A DNA stretch of 64,000 bases from Octopus vulgaris (lineage: Eukaryota), in the NCBI GenBank assembly GCA_951406725.2, contig OX597830.1, forward strand, positions 17,732,001 to 17,796,000. Reading direction: 5' to 3'. The position numbers and the translations under genes were made by a program. This document shows, piece after piece, positions 1 through 13,312 of the stretch. The stretch's first letter is position 1. Each line of letters opens with the position of its first letter. The notes beneath the pieces are model-generated. The model did not search any database. It saw nothing but the letters and a program-made list of their open reading frames with translations, and was not told the DNA's origin.

Positions 1-47
1 CTCTCTCTCTTTCTCTCTCTCTCTCTTTCTCTCTCTCTCTTTCTCTG

Positions 48-78
<31 letters not shown>

Positions 79-520
79 GTATATATCATATATATGTCAT
101 ATATATATATATTATATATATTTATTTATAATATAACATGTATACATCTATCTATCTATCTATATATATATACATACATGCACCCCTGTACAAGTACACA
201 CACACTCACACACACTCGCCCATTCACACACATGCACACTCACACACGCGCGCGCACATGCACACAGGAAAAATCAGGGCGTCCAGAGAGAGATATTCTC
301 TATAAATGGGATTCTGGAGCAGATATCAGGATGTTACTTGCGTACGAGTACGACTACATTCCACCACGACCACCACCACTAACAACAACAACAGCAATGA
401 CAACACCCTCTACTATCATCTTCGATTATGTTTTCATCTGCTCAACACATCGTAGTTATGTAGTTCGATGGAATGTCGGAGAAAAGGATATATCTATTAA
501 TACGTTTAACCATCTGCCTG

Positions 521-917
521 TGTATGTATGTATGTATGTATGTATGTATGTATGTATGTATGTATGTATGTATGTATGTATGTATGTATGTGTGTATGTA
601 TGTGTATGTATGTATGTATGTATGTATGTATGTATGTATGTATGTATGTATGTATGTATGTATGTATGTATGTATGTATGTATGTATGTATGTGTGTGTA
701 TGTATGCATGTATGTATGTATGTATGTATGTATGTATGTGTGTGTATGTATGTATGTATGTATGTATGTATGTATGTATGTATGTGTGTATGTATGTATG
801 TATGTGTGTATGTATGTATCTATGTGTGTATGTATGTATGTATGTATGTATTATGTATGTATGTATGTATGTATGTATTATGTATGTATGTATGTATATA
901 TGTATGTATGTATATAT
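521..917. repeat. (TATG)n microsatellite
   Basis: Directly visible tandem TATG/TGTA; source of the MYVC/HTYI pseudo-ORFs. Confidence 0.97.
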
Positions 918-1063
918 GTGTCACGCTGAATCTCCTAGCGAACTACGTTTAGGGTACACGTATCTGTGGAATTCTCAGCCACTTGCATGTTAATTCCACG
1001 AGCAAGCTGTTCCGTTGATCGTATCACCTAGGACCCTCGTCGTCGTAAACGACGAAGTGCTCC
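918..1063 (+). mobile_element. SINE type A, 3' fragment
   Basis: gtgtcacgctgaat...gctgttccgttgatc...cctcgtcgtcgtaa matches the 3' part of the copies at 2188 and 22373. Confidence 0.85.
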
Positions 1064-1333
1064 TATGTATGTATGTATGTATGTATGTATGTATGTATGT
1101 ATGTATGTATGTATGTGTGTATGTATTTATAAATGTATCTATTTATCTATCTGTCTGACTCTGACTGTCTGTCTATCTACATGTTTATCTATTTATGTGT
1201 GTGTGTATACATGCATAATACACATATACATATGTACCCGAATGCGCATACTTAGCTACATTCATTATAAGCACGCACCCACACACACAGACACACAGAT
1301 ACACAGACATACCCACACACACACGCACGCACG

Positions 1334-1382
<49 letters not shown>

Positions 1383-1392
1383 TTAATATCAT

Positions 1393-1612
1393 ATGCGAAG
1401 TCGCGTAGCCTGGTGATTAGGTTGTGGCATTCATGATCACAAGTTCGTGGCCTCCATTTTGAGACTGACGAAGCAAGGTTCTCTTGAACAAAACTTCATT
1501 TCACGTCGCTCCAGACCACTCAGCTGGGTAACCGTGCGACTGACAGGCGTTCCAACAAGAAGAACATTGTGACCAGCGTTGTATAACAACATCCGATAGT
1601 CTGGTCGACACA
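1393..1612 (+). mobile_element. Diverged tRNA-derived SINE (type D-like)
   Basis: Degenerate tRNA head followed by cttgaacaaaacttcatttcacgtcgctccagaccactcagctgg, matching the 35222-35470 and 54097 copies. Confidence 0.6.
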
Positions 1613-1659
1613 GGAGTATTACATTATAATTTTATCATCCTATTTATATTTCTCTTATA

Positions 1660-1881
1660 GGCGGCGAGCTGGCAGAAACGTTAGCGCGCCGGGCGAAATG
1701 CGTAGCCGTATTTCGTCTTCCGTTACGTTCTGAGTTCAAATTCCGCCGTGGTTGACTTTGCGTTTCGGGGTCGATAAATTAAGTACCAGTTGCGTACTGG
1801 GGTCGATGTAATCGACTTAATCCGTTTGTCTGTCCTTGTTTGTCCTCTCTGAGTTTACCACCTTGTGGGTAGTAAAGAAAT
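1660..1881 (+). mobile_element. SINE type C, full length
   Basis: Head ggcggcgagctggcagaaacgttagc (A box), B box gagttcaaattcc, central gtcgataaattaagtaccag, tail ...gtaaagaaat; ~19-bp TSD tatttatatttctcttata / tatttatatttcttttata. Confidence 0.93.
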
Positions 1882-2187
1882 ATATTTATATTTCTTTTAT
1901 ATCTATGGTTTGAACATCAGAATACTCCCTTCACCAGCTGTTGACTGGTGATGATAATGTTTCCGGCTTCTTCAACAATATCACTCCTTCCGGCGTTGCC
2001 AAGCAACATTGAGGGTACCATGTAATATCTGGGTAAAAATGGCCCACATTTTAGCACACTGTCCCCTCATCATCTACGTAGCCATCACACGTTACCGTTG
2101 AAACCAAGACGTAGCACTTTGGTTTTACTATTCTCTGAGTATTTGTCGTTTATTCTCAATATTTAACTGTCTCCTACATACAACTGT

Positions 2188-2570
2188 GTGGAGGCGCAAT
2201 GGCCCAGTGGTTAGGGCAGCGGACTCGCGGTCGTAGGATCGCGGTTTCGATTCCCAGACCGGGCGTTGTGAGTGTTTATTGAGCGAAAACACCTAATGCT
2301 CCACGAGGCTCCGGCAGGGGATGGCGGTGATCCCTGCTGTACTCTTTCACCACAACTTTCTCTCACTCTTACTTCCTGTTTCTGTTGTACCTGTATTTCA
2401 AAGGGCTGGCCTTGTCACTCTCTGTGTCACGCTGAATATCCCCGAGAATTACGTTAAGGGTGCACGTGTCTGTGGAGTGCTCAGCCACTTACACGTTAAT
2501 TTCACGAGCAGGCTGTTCTGTTGATCGGATCAACCGAAACCCTCGTCGTCGTAACCGACAGAGTGCTTCC
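2188..2570 (+). mobile_element. SINE type A, tRNA-derived, full length
   Basis: A box tggcccagtgg, B box gtttcgattcc; near-identical copy at 22373; TSD catacaactgt. Confidence 0.93.
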
Positions 2571-2874
2571 TCATACAACTGTTTTATACATGATAACAGA
2601 TTATCAGCTTTCCTGTATAGGTCAAGAACAAACGTTTTGCTGGTTTTCCTAAGTCCGATTCCTTCCAAGAATCGAAAAACGTACAAATCAAAGCGAACAA
2701 CAGTGAAGCACAGGGCCGGATTGAAACCCCTAGAGGCCTTAAACGCCCTCATGTAATTCAAAATATAAACAATAATAAGGTATAAAATATATTTTTGTTT
2801 TTCACAATGAAACAAAACTAACAGTAAGGTGGAAAATAATGTTTATTTTTATATACATTATTTTATAAACATTA

Positions 2875-3046
2875 AGGCGCAGGAGAGGCTGTGTGGTAAG
2901 TAGCTTGCTTACGAACCACATGGTTCTGGGTTCAGTCCCACTGCGCGTTACCTCGGGCAAGTGTCTTATACTATATCCTCGGGCCGACCAAAGCTTGTGA
3001 GTGGAATTGGTAGACGGAAACTGAAAGAAGCCCGTCGTATATATGA

Positions 3047-3096
<50 letters not shown>

Positions 3097-3306
3097 TTGT
3101 GTGTATATGTTTGTCCCCCAACATCACTTGACAACCGATGCTGGCGTGTTTATGTCCCCGTAACTTAGCGGTTCGGCAAAAGAGACTGATAGAATAAGTA
3201 CTAGGCTTACAAAGAATAAGTCCTGGGGTCGATTTTCTCGACTAAAGGCGGTGCTCCAGCATGGCCGCAGTCATATGACTGAAACAAGTAAAAGCGTAAA
3301 AGAGTA
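2875..3306 (+). mobile_element. SINE type B with internal (TA)n(TG)n, full length
   Basis: tRNA-like head ggcgcagga..ggctgtgtggtaag...gggttcagtccc, internal microsatellite, gtaaaaga tail repeats; more than 10 copies in the window. Confidence 0.93.
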
Positions 3307-3739
3307 TACTTCCACTTTATATATATTTAAAATCTTTTTCCCCTACCATTTTAATTACAAAGTCTTTGGTCAGATCCTCACTATGACACTACGAACACTT
3401 TAAAATTATATTTCCGATCGTATAAACTACTTTGAATATAATTTTAGCAAATTTAATTATTTATTTATTTATTTTTGTGCCGTGAACTATTTGCCATTTC
3501 TATGCTACTTACCCTCCCTTGATGCCCTAAGCACGTGAAGCAGCTTCACGTATTTTTGGTTAGTCAGTTTATTTCGAACATTCCAGGTAATATAACCATC
3601 AAGACTTCTACTCAGTGATCCTAAAATCCAAGACTGTATTGAAAGAACAATTGATGCATTTGACTAGGTGTTATTTATAGTAATATGAATAAATCTAATG
3701 GGTGTCTTAGACACAGAGTGTATATATATATATATATAT

Positions 3740-4062
3740 AAACAAGAAGGGTAGTAATAATTAGTTACTACCAGGTGCCCAGCACAAAAGACGAATTAGT
3801 CATAAGACAAAATATTAATCATAGAGAAAAATATTATTCATGTAGTAATACAATTAAGGGCTCCTAAATACAAAAATGGGACAAGAACGCAAAAAATCCA
3901 GACAGGTGATACACAAACGGGGCAACAAAACATCCGGACAGACGATACAAAGAAAACAAGGGCGAGTCATTCGGAGTTTTCTATCCTCAGTCGAGTTCCA
4001 GGTTTACAATTTCGGCTGGTTATGCTCGAGATTGCTCCAATCTGACCAGCCCCAAGGAAAAA
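3740..4062 (-). mobile_element. (TA)n-adjacent interspersed repeat, possibly a Penelope-like terminal repeat
   Basis: 3868-3985 is homologous to 15306-15428; both lie next to TA tracts; contains GGCTGGT/ACCAGCC stem followed by GAAA on the minus strand. Confidence 0.5.
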
Positions 4063-4395
4063 TAAGTCAATTACATCGACTCCAGTGTTCAACTGGTACT
4101 TATTTTATCGAGCCCGAAAGTATGAAGACAAATTCAACCTCGGCGGAATTTGAACTGAGAACGCCGCCTTAGATGGTAAAATACTATTACAATATATTTT
4201 ATGTAGAACAAACATTATTGTGTTTAGAATGACAATGTGTTGAGCAGAATAAATAGATCTGTTTGTTATATCAAGCGCCGACTATCCTGATTTTGGCCTC
4301 AAGCTGGTTGTGGACGACAGTAAGGAAATACTGTAGCCTGGGTTCGAAACATTGAGCAGACTGTATGCATACACGAGTTCATATGTATGTTTACA

Positions 4396-4453
<58 letters not shown>

Positions 4454-4531
4454 GCTAGCTAGCTAGCTAGCTAGCTATCTTTTATCTATCTATCTATCTA
4501 TCTATCTATCATTCTATCTATTTATATAGAA

Positions 4532-4592
<61 letters not shown>

Positions 4593-4861
4593 TCACTGAA
4601 ACAGGTATTTAATTTTTTTTTTGTTTCTGTCGTATTTATTCACTTCTTTAGACTTGTGTCTCAATTTATAATTTACGTATAATTATCTAAGATTCATATT
4701 TCTTAATAATTATTTAGACTCATTAGTTGAACACTCAGTAACTTGTACTTCGTTCAAACAAATTTAGATGCAATCTTTGTAGTTCTTGCCAAAAACACTC
4801 GCGTACGAGCTCGCACACACACTCACACACTCACACACACACTCACACACTCACACACCCA

Positions 4862-4898
<37 letters not shown>

Positions 4899-5304
4899 CA
4901 CACACACACACACACACACATCAATATGTATAATAAGCTAAGGCAACGAGCTTGCCTGGATCGTTAGCGCACCGGGCAAATTACTTTGCCTTTCATCCTT
5001 TCTTGGTGGATAGAATAAGTTTCGGGGTGGATAGAATAAGACCCCAGTTCAGTATTGGGGTCAATTTAATCAACTTTCTCCCTCCTCTTGCTATGCAGGA
5101 GCGAGTAGAATCGTTAGCACGCCGGGGAAAACGCTTAGCGGCATTTCACCCGTCGTTACGTTCTGAGTTCAAATTCCGCCGAGGTCGATTTTGCCTTTCA
5201 TCCTTTCGGGGTCCATAAAATAAGTACTACTTGAATACTGAGGTCGATGTAATCCACTTACACTCCCACCGAAATTTCTGACATCCTAAAATTTCAAACC
5301 TACA

Positions 5305-5484
5305 CAGGGTGGTCCAGAATTAGGATTTGAAACATTTTATTACATTTAAATTTCTATCTTACAATTAACTAAATTAGCATAGAATAATGGTTTCATATAT
5401 TTTTATAATTAAGATCTAAACTGTTAATATATGAATGTGAAAGAGATATTTGAATAACTGTAAACCTACTTTTGGTCCACCCTG
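5305..5484. mobile_element. Tc1/mariner-type MITE
   Basis: TIRs cagggtggtcc... / ...taaacctacttttggtccaccctg|ta; same family as 26037-26270. Confidence 0.7.
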
Positions 5485-5518
5485 TATCCTTCATTGGAAT
5501 TTCAACATCAACAACAGG

Positions 5519-6244
5519 GTATGTATGTATGTATGTATGTATGTATGTATGTATGTATGTATGTATGTATGTATGTATATGTGCAGATTTGTATGCTTTG
5601 TTTTACGTATATATTCTCATGCGTATAGTTGCATTTCTAGAGATGCTCATATATATTCAAATGATAAACTTCTGGAAAGTTTTACAGATTTGTATAGTTC
5701 CAGTGATGGATTGGATCTGTAGTATTCCTATTGGCTTTCTCCCTCCTGGTTTTGAGAAGTCTAATTGGTATTCTGAAAAAGATTGGTATTCTAAAGATTG
5801 GCAAGATAGCAGAAGCGTTAACGCACCGGATAAAATGTTTAACGGCATTTCTACCGGTTGTTAACGTTCCGAGTTAAAATTCCCCGGAGCATGACTTTGT
5901 CTTTCGTTCTTACAGGGGAGATAAAATAAAGACCAGCCTAGCACTGGAGTTGATGAAATCGACTTCTTCCCTCACCCCACACCTAATTTCTGACTCTTCC
6001 CAAAATTTAGAATAATATTGGTTTCAAAATTTGGCGCGGAACCAGCAAGCGCGATGGAAGGTTGATAAGACGATTACATCGACCCAATGGTCCAACTGGT
6101 ACTTACTTTATCGACACCGAAAGGATGAAAGGCAAAGTCTAGGTCAGGGTCGGCCGAATTTGAACTCAGAACGTGAAGTCGGAAAACGCATTCTGCCCGC
6201 CGTGCTAACGATGATGCTAGTTCGCAGCCCTAAAAAGATTTTGA

Positions 6245-6310
<66 letters not shown>

Positions 6311-6366
6311 AACAACAACAACAATAATAATAATAACAATAATAATAATAATTAATAATAATAATA

Positions 6367-6397
<31 letters not shown>

Positions 6398-7100
6398 TGT
6401 ATGTATGTATGTATGTATATGTGCAGATTTGTATGCTTTGTTTTACGTATATATTCTCATGCGTATAGTTGCATTTCTAGAGATGCTCATATATATTCAA
6501 ATGATAAACTTCTGGAAAGTTTTACAGATTTGTATAGTTCCAGTGATGGATTGGATCTGTAGTATTCCTATTGGCTTTCTCCCTCCTGGTTTTGAGAAGT
6601 CTAATTGGTATTCTGAAAAAGATTGGTATTCTAAAGATTGGCAAGATAGCAGAAGCGTTAACGCACCGGATAAAATGTTTAACGGCATTTCTACCGGTTG
6701 TTAACGTTCCGAGTTAAAATTCACCTCTGGAAACATGGGTGGTTCTTTCAACATCCTTAAACAACCCTTATTCAGGGACCTTTTGAGCCGGATGGGCACT
6801 GGAGTTGATGAAATCGACTTCTTCCCTCACCCCACACCTAATTTCTGACTCTTCCCAAAATTTAGAATAATATTGGTTTCAAAATTTGGCGCAGGGCCAG
6901 CAAGCGCAATGGAAGGTTGATAAGACGATTACATCGACCCAAGTGTCCAACTGGTACTTACTTTATCGACCCCGAAAGGATGAAAGGCAAAGTCAAGGTC
7001 AAGGTCCGCCGAATTTGAACTCAGAACGTGAAGTCGGACGAAAGCATTCGGCCCGCCGTGCTAACGATGATGCTAGTTCGCAGCCCTAAAAAGATTTTGA

Positions 7101-7163
<63 letters not shown>
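5519..7163. repeat. Local tandem duplication, ~840-855 bp unit, 2 copies
   Basis: 5575-6248 recurs at 6415-7101; identical ORFs at offset 840 and similar ORFs at offset 855. The unit holds a LINE 3' end, SINE C fragments and (AAT)n. Confidence 0.9.
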
Positions 7164-7164
<1 letters not shown>

Positions 7165-7339
7165 TCTGAAATTCTTACTGTTTTGTGTGAATCTCATCTT
7201 ATGGGGTTTGAATATATTATCGTTATTTTTGGTTTACTTTTAAAGTATTTCTACCCAGTATCGAACACACATAAAGCTATATCAAAACAAATGTGTGTGT
7301 GTGTGTATGTGTGTGTGTATTTGCATATATATTAATATG

Positions 7340-8058
7340 TATGTCAGTGTTCAGTTTTTTTTTCAAGATTTCTTGTCAATAGAGAAAGAACCGGTTTCTA
7401 ACCCAGATACAAGGATCTTTCATTGGAATTTCAACATCAACAACAGTGTGTGTATGTATGTATGTATGTATGTATGTATGTATGTATGTATGTATGTATG
7501 TATGTATGTATGTATGTCTATATGTATATGTGCAGATTTGTATGTTTTGTTTTATGTATATATCCTCATGCATATAGTTACATATCTAGACATGCTCGTA
7601 TATATTTAAATGATAAACTTCTGGAAAGTTGTACAGATTTGTATAGTTCCAGTGATAGATTGGATCCGTAGTCTTTCTATTGGCTTTCTCCTTTCTGGCT
7701 TTGGGAAACCTAATTTCTCAAGATTAGTATTCAGGCAGTGTGTTACATATCCCAGGGCCCCAATAATTACAGATATAAACCTGAACTTGTAATCTGGATA
7801 GAGTAACTGCAGATTTCTCGATAGTTCAGCATAGGTGTTCTCTTTTTCACTTATCTTCAGCTTTATGTTAACATCCGCTGGGCAGCAAATTTTCACAACT
7901 GTGCAGAGTTTCTCTTCCTCATCCCAAATCATTATATCAGGTCTGTTGTGCTTACATTTTATTGAGGTCTTCACTGGGGCATTCCGCCAGTAATCCTTTT
8001 TATTATGAGTGGCTATGACTTCTACCATACTGTGGGTTCTTATTCTTTTGTCCTCGGG
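7340..8058 (-). mobile_element. 5'-truncated non-LTR retrotransposon with restriction-like endonuclease C-terminus (R4/Dong/Hero-like)
   Basis: Minus-strand ORF ending at 7606 reads ...KHNRPDIMIWDEEEKLCTVVKICCPADVNIKLKISEKENTYAELSRNL...ISVIIGALG, i.e. the RPD..(E)..CP.D.N..EK..Y RLE motif. A 3' UTR with (CATA)n follows. Shorter copies at ~5490-5775 and ~6368-6615. Confidence 0.85.
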
Positions 8059-8099
8059 GTGTATGTGTGTGTGTGTGTGTGTGTTCGTGCGGGCGTGCG

Positions 8100-8134
<35 letters not shown>

Positions 8135-9077
8135 ATGTGTGTGTGTGTGTGAGTCTGTGTATGTACATGTTTATATGAAAGAAGAAATACTCCGTAGATG
8201 GAAACAAACAGTGGCTCAGTTCTGGATGAAAGCACTAAAAAGAACTGAAACCTGTTGGGCCGATGTTTCCTTTTCTCTCAACGTAGATATTCTATAGGTA
8301 TTTATTCCCCGTTGCTGGATGTGTCTAATTACACATGTTGTGTTGGGTAAGCCTTGTACAAATACAATACATATAATATGTTAACAATTAGTTTACGAAT
8401 CACGCTGAGCTCATCAATATAATAAGGTGGTTTCACTAACTGCCACTAATACGCTATTTATGCAAATCAGGTCGTTTCGGCTTCATGAAGCCCCAAATTA
8501 TAGTCTTTACATAAACAATTTTCCCATACACAGATGTTTGGCAGGTAATCTGTTCTTGATGAGAGGCCGAAATAGATCCGAAGTCTGATTGCAAGAAGAT
8601 TGTAAAGACATGTCCTCACATTAGCCATAAATATCCATTTATCCACATTGTCGGTTGAAGTTTTGTATTTCTGGAGTAAATTTACTTCCTGTTGCCCCTT
8701 ATGTATCTATGTATATATATGTGTGTGTGTGTGTATATGTGTGTGTATGTCTGTGCGTGTGTGTATGTGTGTGTGTGTGTACACAATTCTATATGTAGCG
8801 TGAAATCATTTCAATAAATGAAGAATGTAATAAATTCCACAGATTGCCAGTTTTAACTCTGGATTCTTCAAATTGAGGAAAGGAGAATTGAGTCTGTCTG
8901 ATACTAGAATATACTGAAATTTTCAAATTCCCCTTATGCAAACGTACTTACATACGTACGTACTTACATACGTACGTACTTACATACACACGCACACACA
9001 CACGCGCGCAAAATCTCATATAAATATATTTATATAATTATATATATATATATATATACACACATATGTGTGTGTGA

Positions 9078-9213
<136 letters not shown>

Positions 9214-9793
9214 TATATATAATTATATATATATGTACATATATATATATTTAAAACATTGGCACAACGATAGTTTAGACCCCAGGTCATTATCGAGTTC
9301 AAAATCATATCTAAGTGCGTGTGCGTGTACATCTGTGTATGTTTGTGTGTGTCTGTGTTTGTATCTACTCGTGAAATATCTACATGTGTATGTGTGTGTG
9401 TGTAATGAGCAAATGTGTATTACAAACGATGACCATTATTAGACATGCTAGCTTGTATGTGTACGCGTATGTATGCCTCTGAGGAGAGCGTGCGTTGATG
9501 TACTCCAGTAGGTGTGTTTGTGTGTGTAGGCGTTGTTGTGTATATGGATAAGGGAAGAGTTTGGAGATGTTTTGTGTGCGTGGATGACTGTTGCTATTAT
9601 TAGGAAAAAGTTCCGCTAGCATGTGTGGGTGGAACAAGTCTGTACGCACAGTAAGTAGAGGGGAAGGTGAGTGCCTGTGTGTATGTGTGTGTGTCTAATT
9701 ATATATATATACACACACATTTATATACATCCATTCATATATATGCATTATCTATGTATGTATATACACACATACATACATACATAGACATAC

Positions 9794-9824
<31 letters not shown>

Positions 9825-9825
9825 C

Positions 9826-9894
<69 letters not shown>

Positions 9895-10207
9895 GTATAT
9901 ATATGTATATATATATAGACACACACTTACACACACGTGGTGAAGAGAAGGGAGACTAAAGGAATGACATACTGTGTAGAGCAAGTAGTAAAATAAAGAA
10001 AAAGAAATGTGAACATATATATGTGTGTGTGCGTTATGAGTTAGACACAGACACAAACAGATATATCAATATATATACAAGCTGATGTATGTATATATAT
10101 ATATATATATAAATATAGAGAGAGAGAGAGGGGGGGAGAGAGAGAGGGAGGGAGGAAGAGAGGGAGGGAGGGAGAGATACACAGCTAGACAGACAGTCCG
10201 ACGGAGT

Positions 10208-10256
<49 letters not shown>

Positions 10257-10298
10257 CTTGATAGACAAAGATAGATAGATAGATAGATTGATAGATAG

Positions 10299-10357
<59 letters not shown>

Positions 10358-10480
10358 CGTAGTGACACATCTCTTTCTCCTCTCATTTTTTTTTCTTGTG
10401 CTTCTCTGTTACCTTTTTGTTTCAAAAGTTTTTCTCCTCATCCTCTCCTTACTCTCATTTTATCTGTCCATCTCTTTTTC

Positions 10481-10511
<31 letters not shown>

Positions 10512-10893
10512 GTTCTACCCTCCCTCTCTCTCTCTCCCTCTCTCTTTGCCTGACTATCTCCAAGTCTGCCTGCTGTGTTACGATAGTTTTGTTGTTTCTC
10601 ACCCTCTTCATATGTGTATGTGTGTGCGTGTATGTGTATGTGCGCGCGCGTAGATGCGAGTGTGTGGATGTGTGTGGATGCGAGTGCATGAATATGTACA
10701 TATATATTTCTAAGTGTGTATATGTGTGTGTGTGTGTCCCTATACCAATCTCGTTTAGCTATTTTATCATTGTTGCTCTTACCTCTCCTTCTCTTCTTTC
10801 TCTCCCACACTCTGTACTTACTCGCATTCTGTATATAATTTCTTTCTTTCTCTCTTTCTTTTTATTCCCTCTTTCCCAGTTCTTCTCTCTCTT

Positions 10894-10924
<31 letters not shown>

Positions 10925-11060
10925 TCCTCTGTTGTACTCGCTCTTTTTCTCTTCTTTTTCATCTATCCTACGTTATTTTTTTTTCATGCTCTCCACCCCA
11001 CTTTCTCCCTTTCTCCTTTTCCCTTCTTTCTCTCTATTTTCCTTCACATGCCCGCTCTCC

Positions 11061-11081
11061 ATCACCACCACCACCACCACC

Positions 11082-11146
<65 letters not shown>
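11061..11146. repeat. (CAC)n(CAA)n compound microsatellite
   Basis: Directly visible. Confidence 0.9.
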
Positions 11147-11370
11147 ATACAGCAATAACACTTCCACCACCACTACCACCACCAGGATCTCCTTCACTGC
11201 CACCACCACTATCATTGCAGTGACTTGCAGCATCACGTGACGGACAGAGACTTAGTGATTGGCGGACAGCAAACTACTCTACTTCCCACGTTTATCGCAT
11301 CTGCTAAATCAACGCCTATATATTGATTGCCGCCTTTATACTCAAACATATATATACATATATACATACA

Positions 11371-11407
<37 letters not shown>

Positions 11408-12128
11408 GTATCTATCTATCTATATATGTCATACATATATATATGCGTGTGTTGGTTTATATATGTATGTCTGTGCATGGGCATACATATAAAGGGGGTG
11501 TTGAGAATATATAAGACCTACACAGAAAGTATATACGCGTGAATATATAGACATATAGTTGTAACGACAGTCATAGATGTACTTATATATATATATACAA
11601 AATATACATACACATTAAGATATAAATAAAGCTATATACGAGTGTGTATATGCGTATATATGTATATATACATGCATATTTGCAATGCAGGACCAGATCT
11701 GATCATTTGGACAGTAAGCAGACAACCTCTACAACTCTAATTTCTGCAGACGATCTTTTTTTCCGAACATACAAGCAGTTACATTTATTGAAAAAAAAAA
11801 GATATATATATAGAGAGAGAGAACAAAGAAAAACTTAAACACTTTTTTAAAGAACTGCATATTTTCATATTTATTTAATAACTTTCTTCACTTTCATCCC
11901 TGTCTCCACTTAGCTCTGCTTTTCCTTTGTTTTATTCTACATCATCTACCTATCTAGCTATCTCTCTACCTACTCAATGTATCTTTCTGTTTATCTGTCT
12001 GTCTGTCTGTCTATTTAATCAACACACACATATATTTACGCGCACACACACCCCAGTTTTCTTTCTTTCTAGCATTCCTTCTTTCTTTCTTTTCGTCTTT
12101 CTTCTTCTTCCCTCATGTATGCAATTAG

Positions 12129-12264
12129 AGTATCAAGCTCAAGGCGAATAAGCTGTTTTTTACAAGTATCCTTGCTACTTTCCGGACTTTTGAACACTTT
12201 GCAATGGGGTGCGTTTGCCAGTTATCTACCCAAGCAATTGGAACCACAGCAGAAGAACTATGAG
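12129..12264 (+). CDS. Candidate coding exon, unknown gene
   Basis: Long pyrimidine tract then attAG; open frame VSSSRRISCFLQVSLLLSGLLNTLQWGAFASYLPKQLEPQQKNYE; GAG|GTACTT donor. No homology recognised. Confidence 0.25.
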
Positions 12265-13224
12265 GTACTTTCACTTTCACTTTCTCTACCCCACCTATCT
12301 GAATATGTTTTGATATATTTTTCACTTGCTTCTTCACTTGTTTGTTTTATTTATTTTTACAAGTTTATCTTTCACACAAGTTTGAATGATTTCTTTCAAA
12401 GTTGTTTTTGCAAGTTACAAAGGTTTTTATAAAGACGTATATTATATAAGAAATTGATTATACGGTCTTTTGTTTAAATTGTACACGAAAACTTAATGAC
12501 ATGACAGATAAAAGAATGGAAGGAAAACAGGGGGGAAGTTGGAAATTTCGTGCCGCTCTTGTATTTCAATATTTCAATATATGACGTTCAGTATCTAAGG
12601 AATCTTACTCTCGACCTGGCACTATGCTGTCTTTAACAACATCTATTCTGTTTGTAAACACTGCAGCCAGGATCCCGTTCTTTGTCAAGTTTTACCCAGC
12701 CATTCGCAAGAGCTCTGAAAAGCTTTATGGATTCTAACCCACCCCCAGTAATTAAACTATTTAAACTACTAAAATTGAAACAGGAGCCACAGATTGTATA
12801 TCATTGCTGATATACTCTGTCGATTCACGCATGCGCTCTTAGTTATATATATATAAATATATATCAGAAAGTTATGATGTTCATGACTTTCAGAAGAACA
12901 ATAGTTTATCAGGGAAGTCATACAGAAATCGTAATGTTTTCTTTTAAACGTGCCTGACGTGTCAAAGTTATGTCCGTGAAAGAGGTGGAGGGGGAGGGGC
13001 AAAATAGGACGTGGTGGTATGCATTCCTTTCTTTTCCAATCCCCGAGTTGCTAGTATTGGGAACTATTACAAAATACAAGTTTGAACTGAATTAACAGAT
13101 CGCTTGTTTCATCTGCAATGTTGTGGCATTCATGATTAGATAGATTACATCAACAACAATATGCTTCTTTTTCAGTTACCTTTAGCGAATGGAGCAGTTA
13201 TTCAGGGGAAATATGGAAGTTTGT

Positions 13225-13257
<33 letters not shown>

Positions 13258-13312
13258 GCGTGTATATACACATATGTGTATGTATATATACATATATATA
13301 TATATCTATATA

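Noticed and set aside
73-993. 306-aa ORF and the many [16 protein letters not shown] ORFs throughout the window
   Set aside because: Translations of stop-free microsatellites; no coding signal.
2188-2262. tRNA-like sequences at SINE heads (also 22373, 34786, 35470, 54097)
   Set aside because: A and B boxes are present but there is no complete acceptor stem; each continues into a SINE body, some with TSDs.
10589-11240. Poly-His/poly-Gln ORF suggesting a transcription factor
   Set aside because: Built from CT, CAC and CAA microsatellites, with no domain or convincing splice context.
11691-11713. Possible micro-exon GPDLIIWT (cag|...|gtaagc)
   Set aside because: No polypyrimidine tract; too short to support.
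12592-12736. ~48-codon open frame after ttcag
   Set aside because: Weak acceptor, no recognisable homology; could be chance or a transposon interior.
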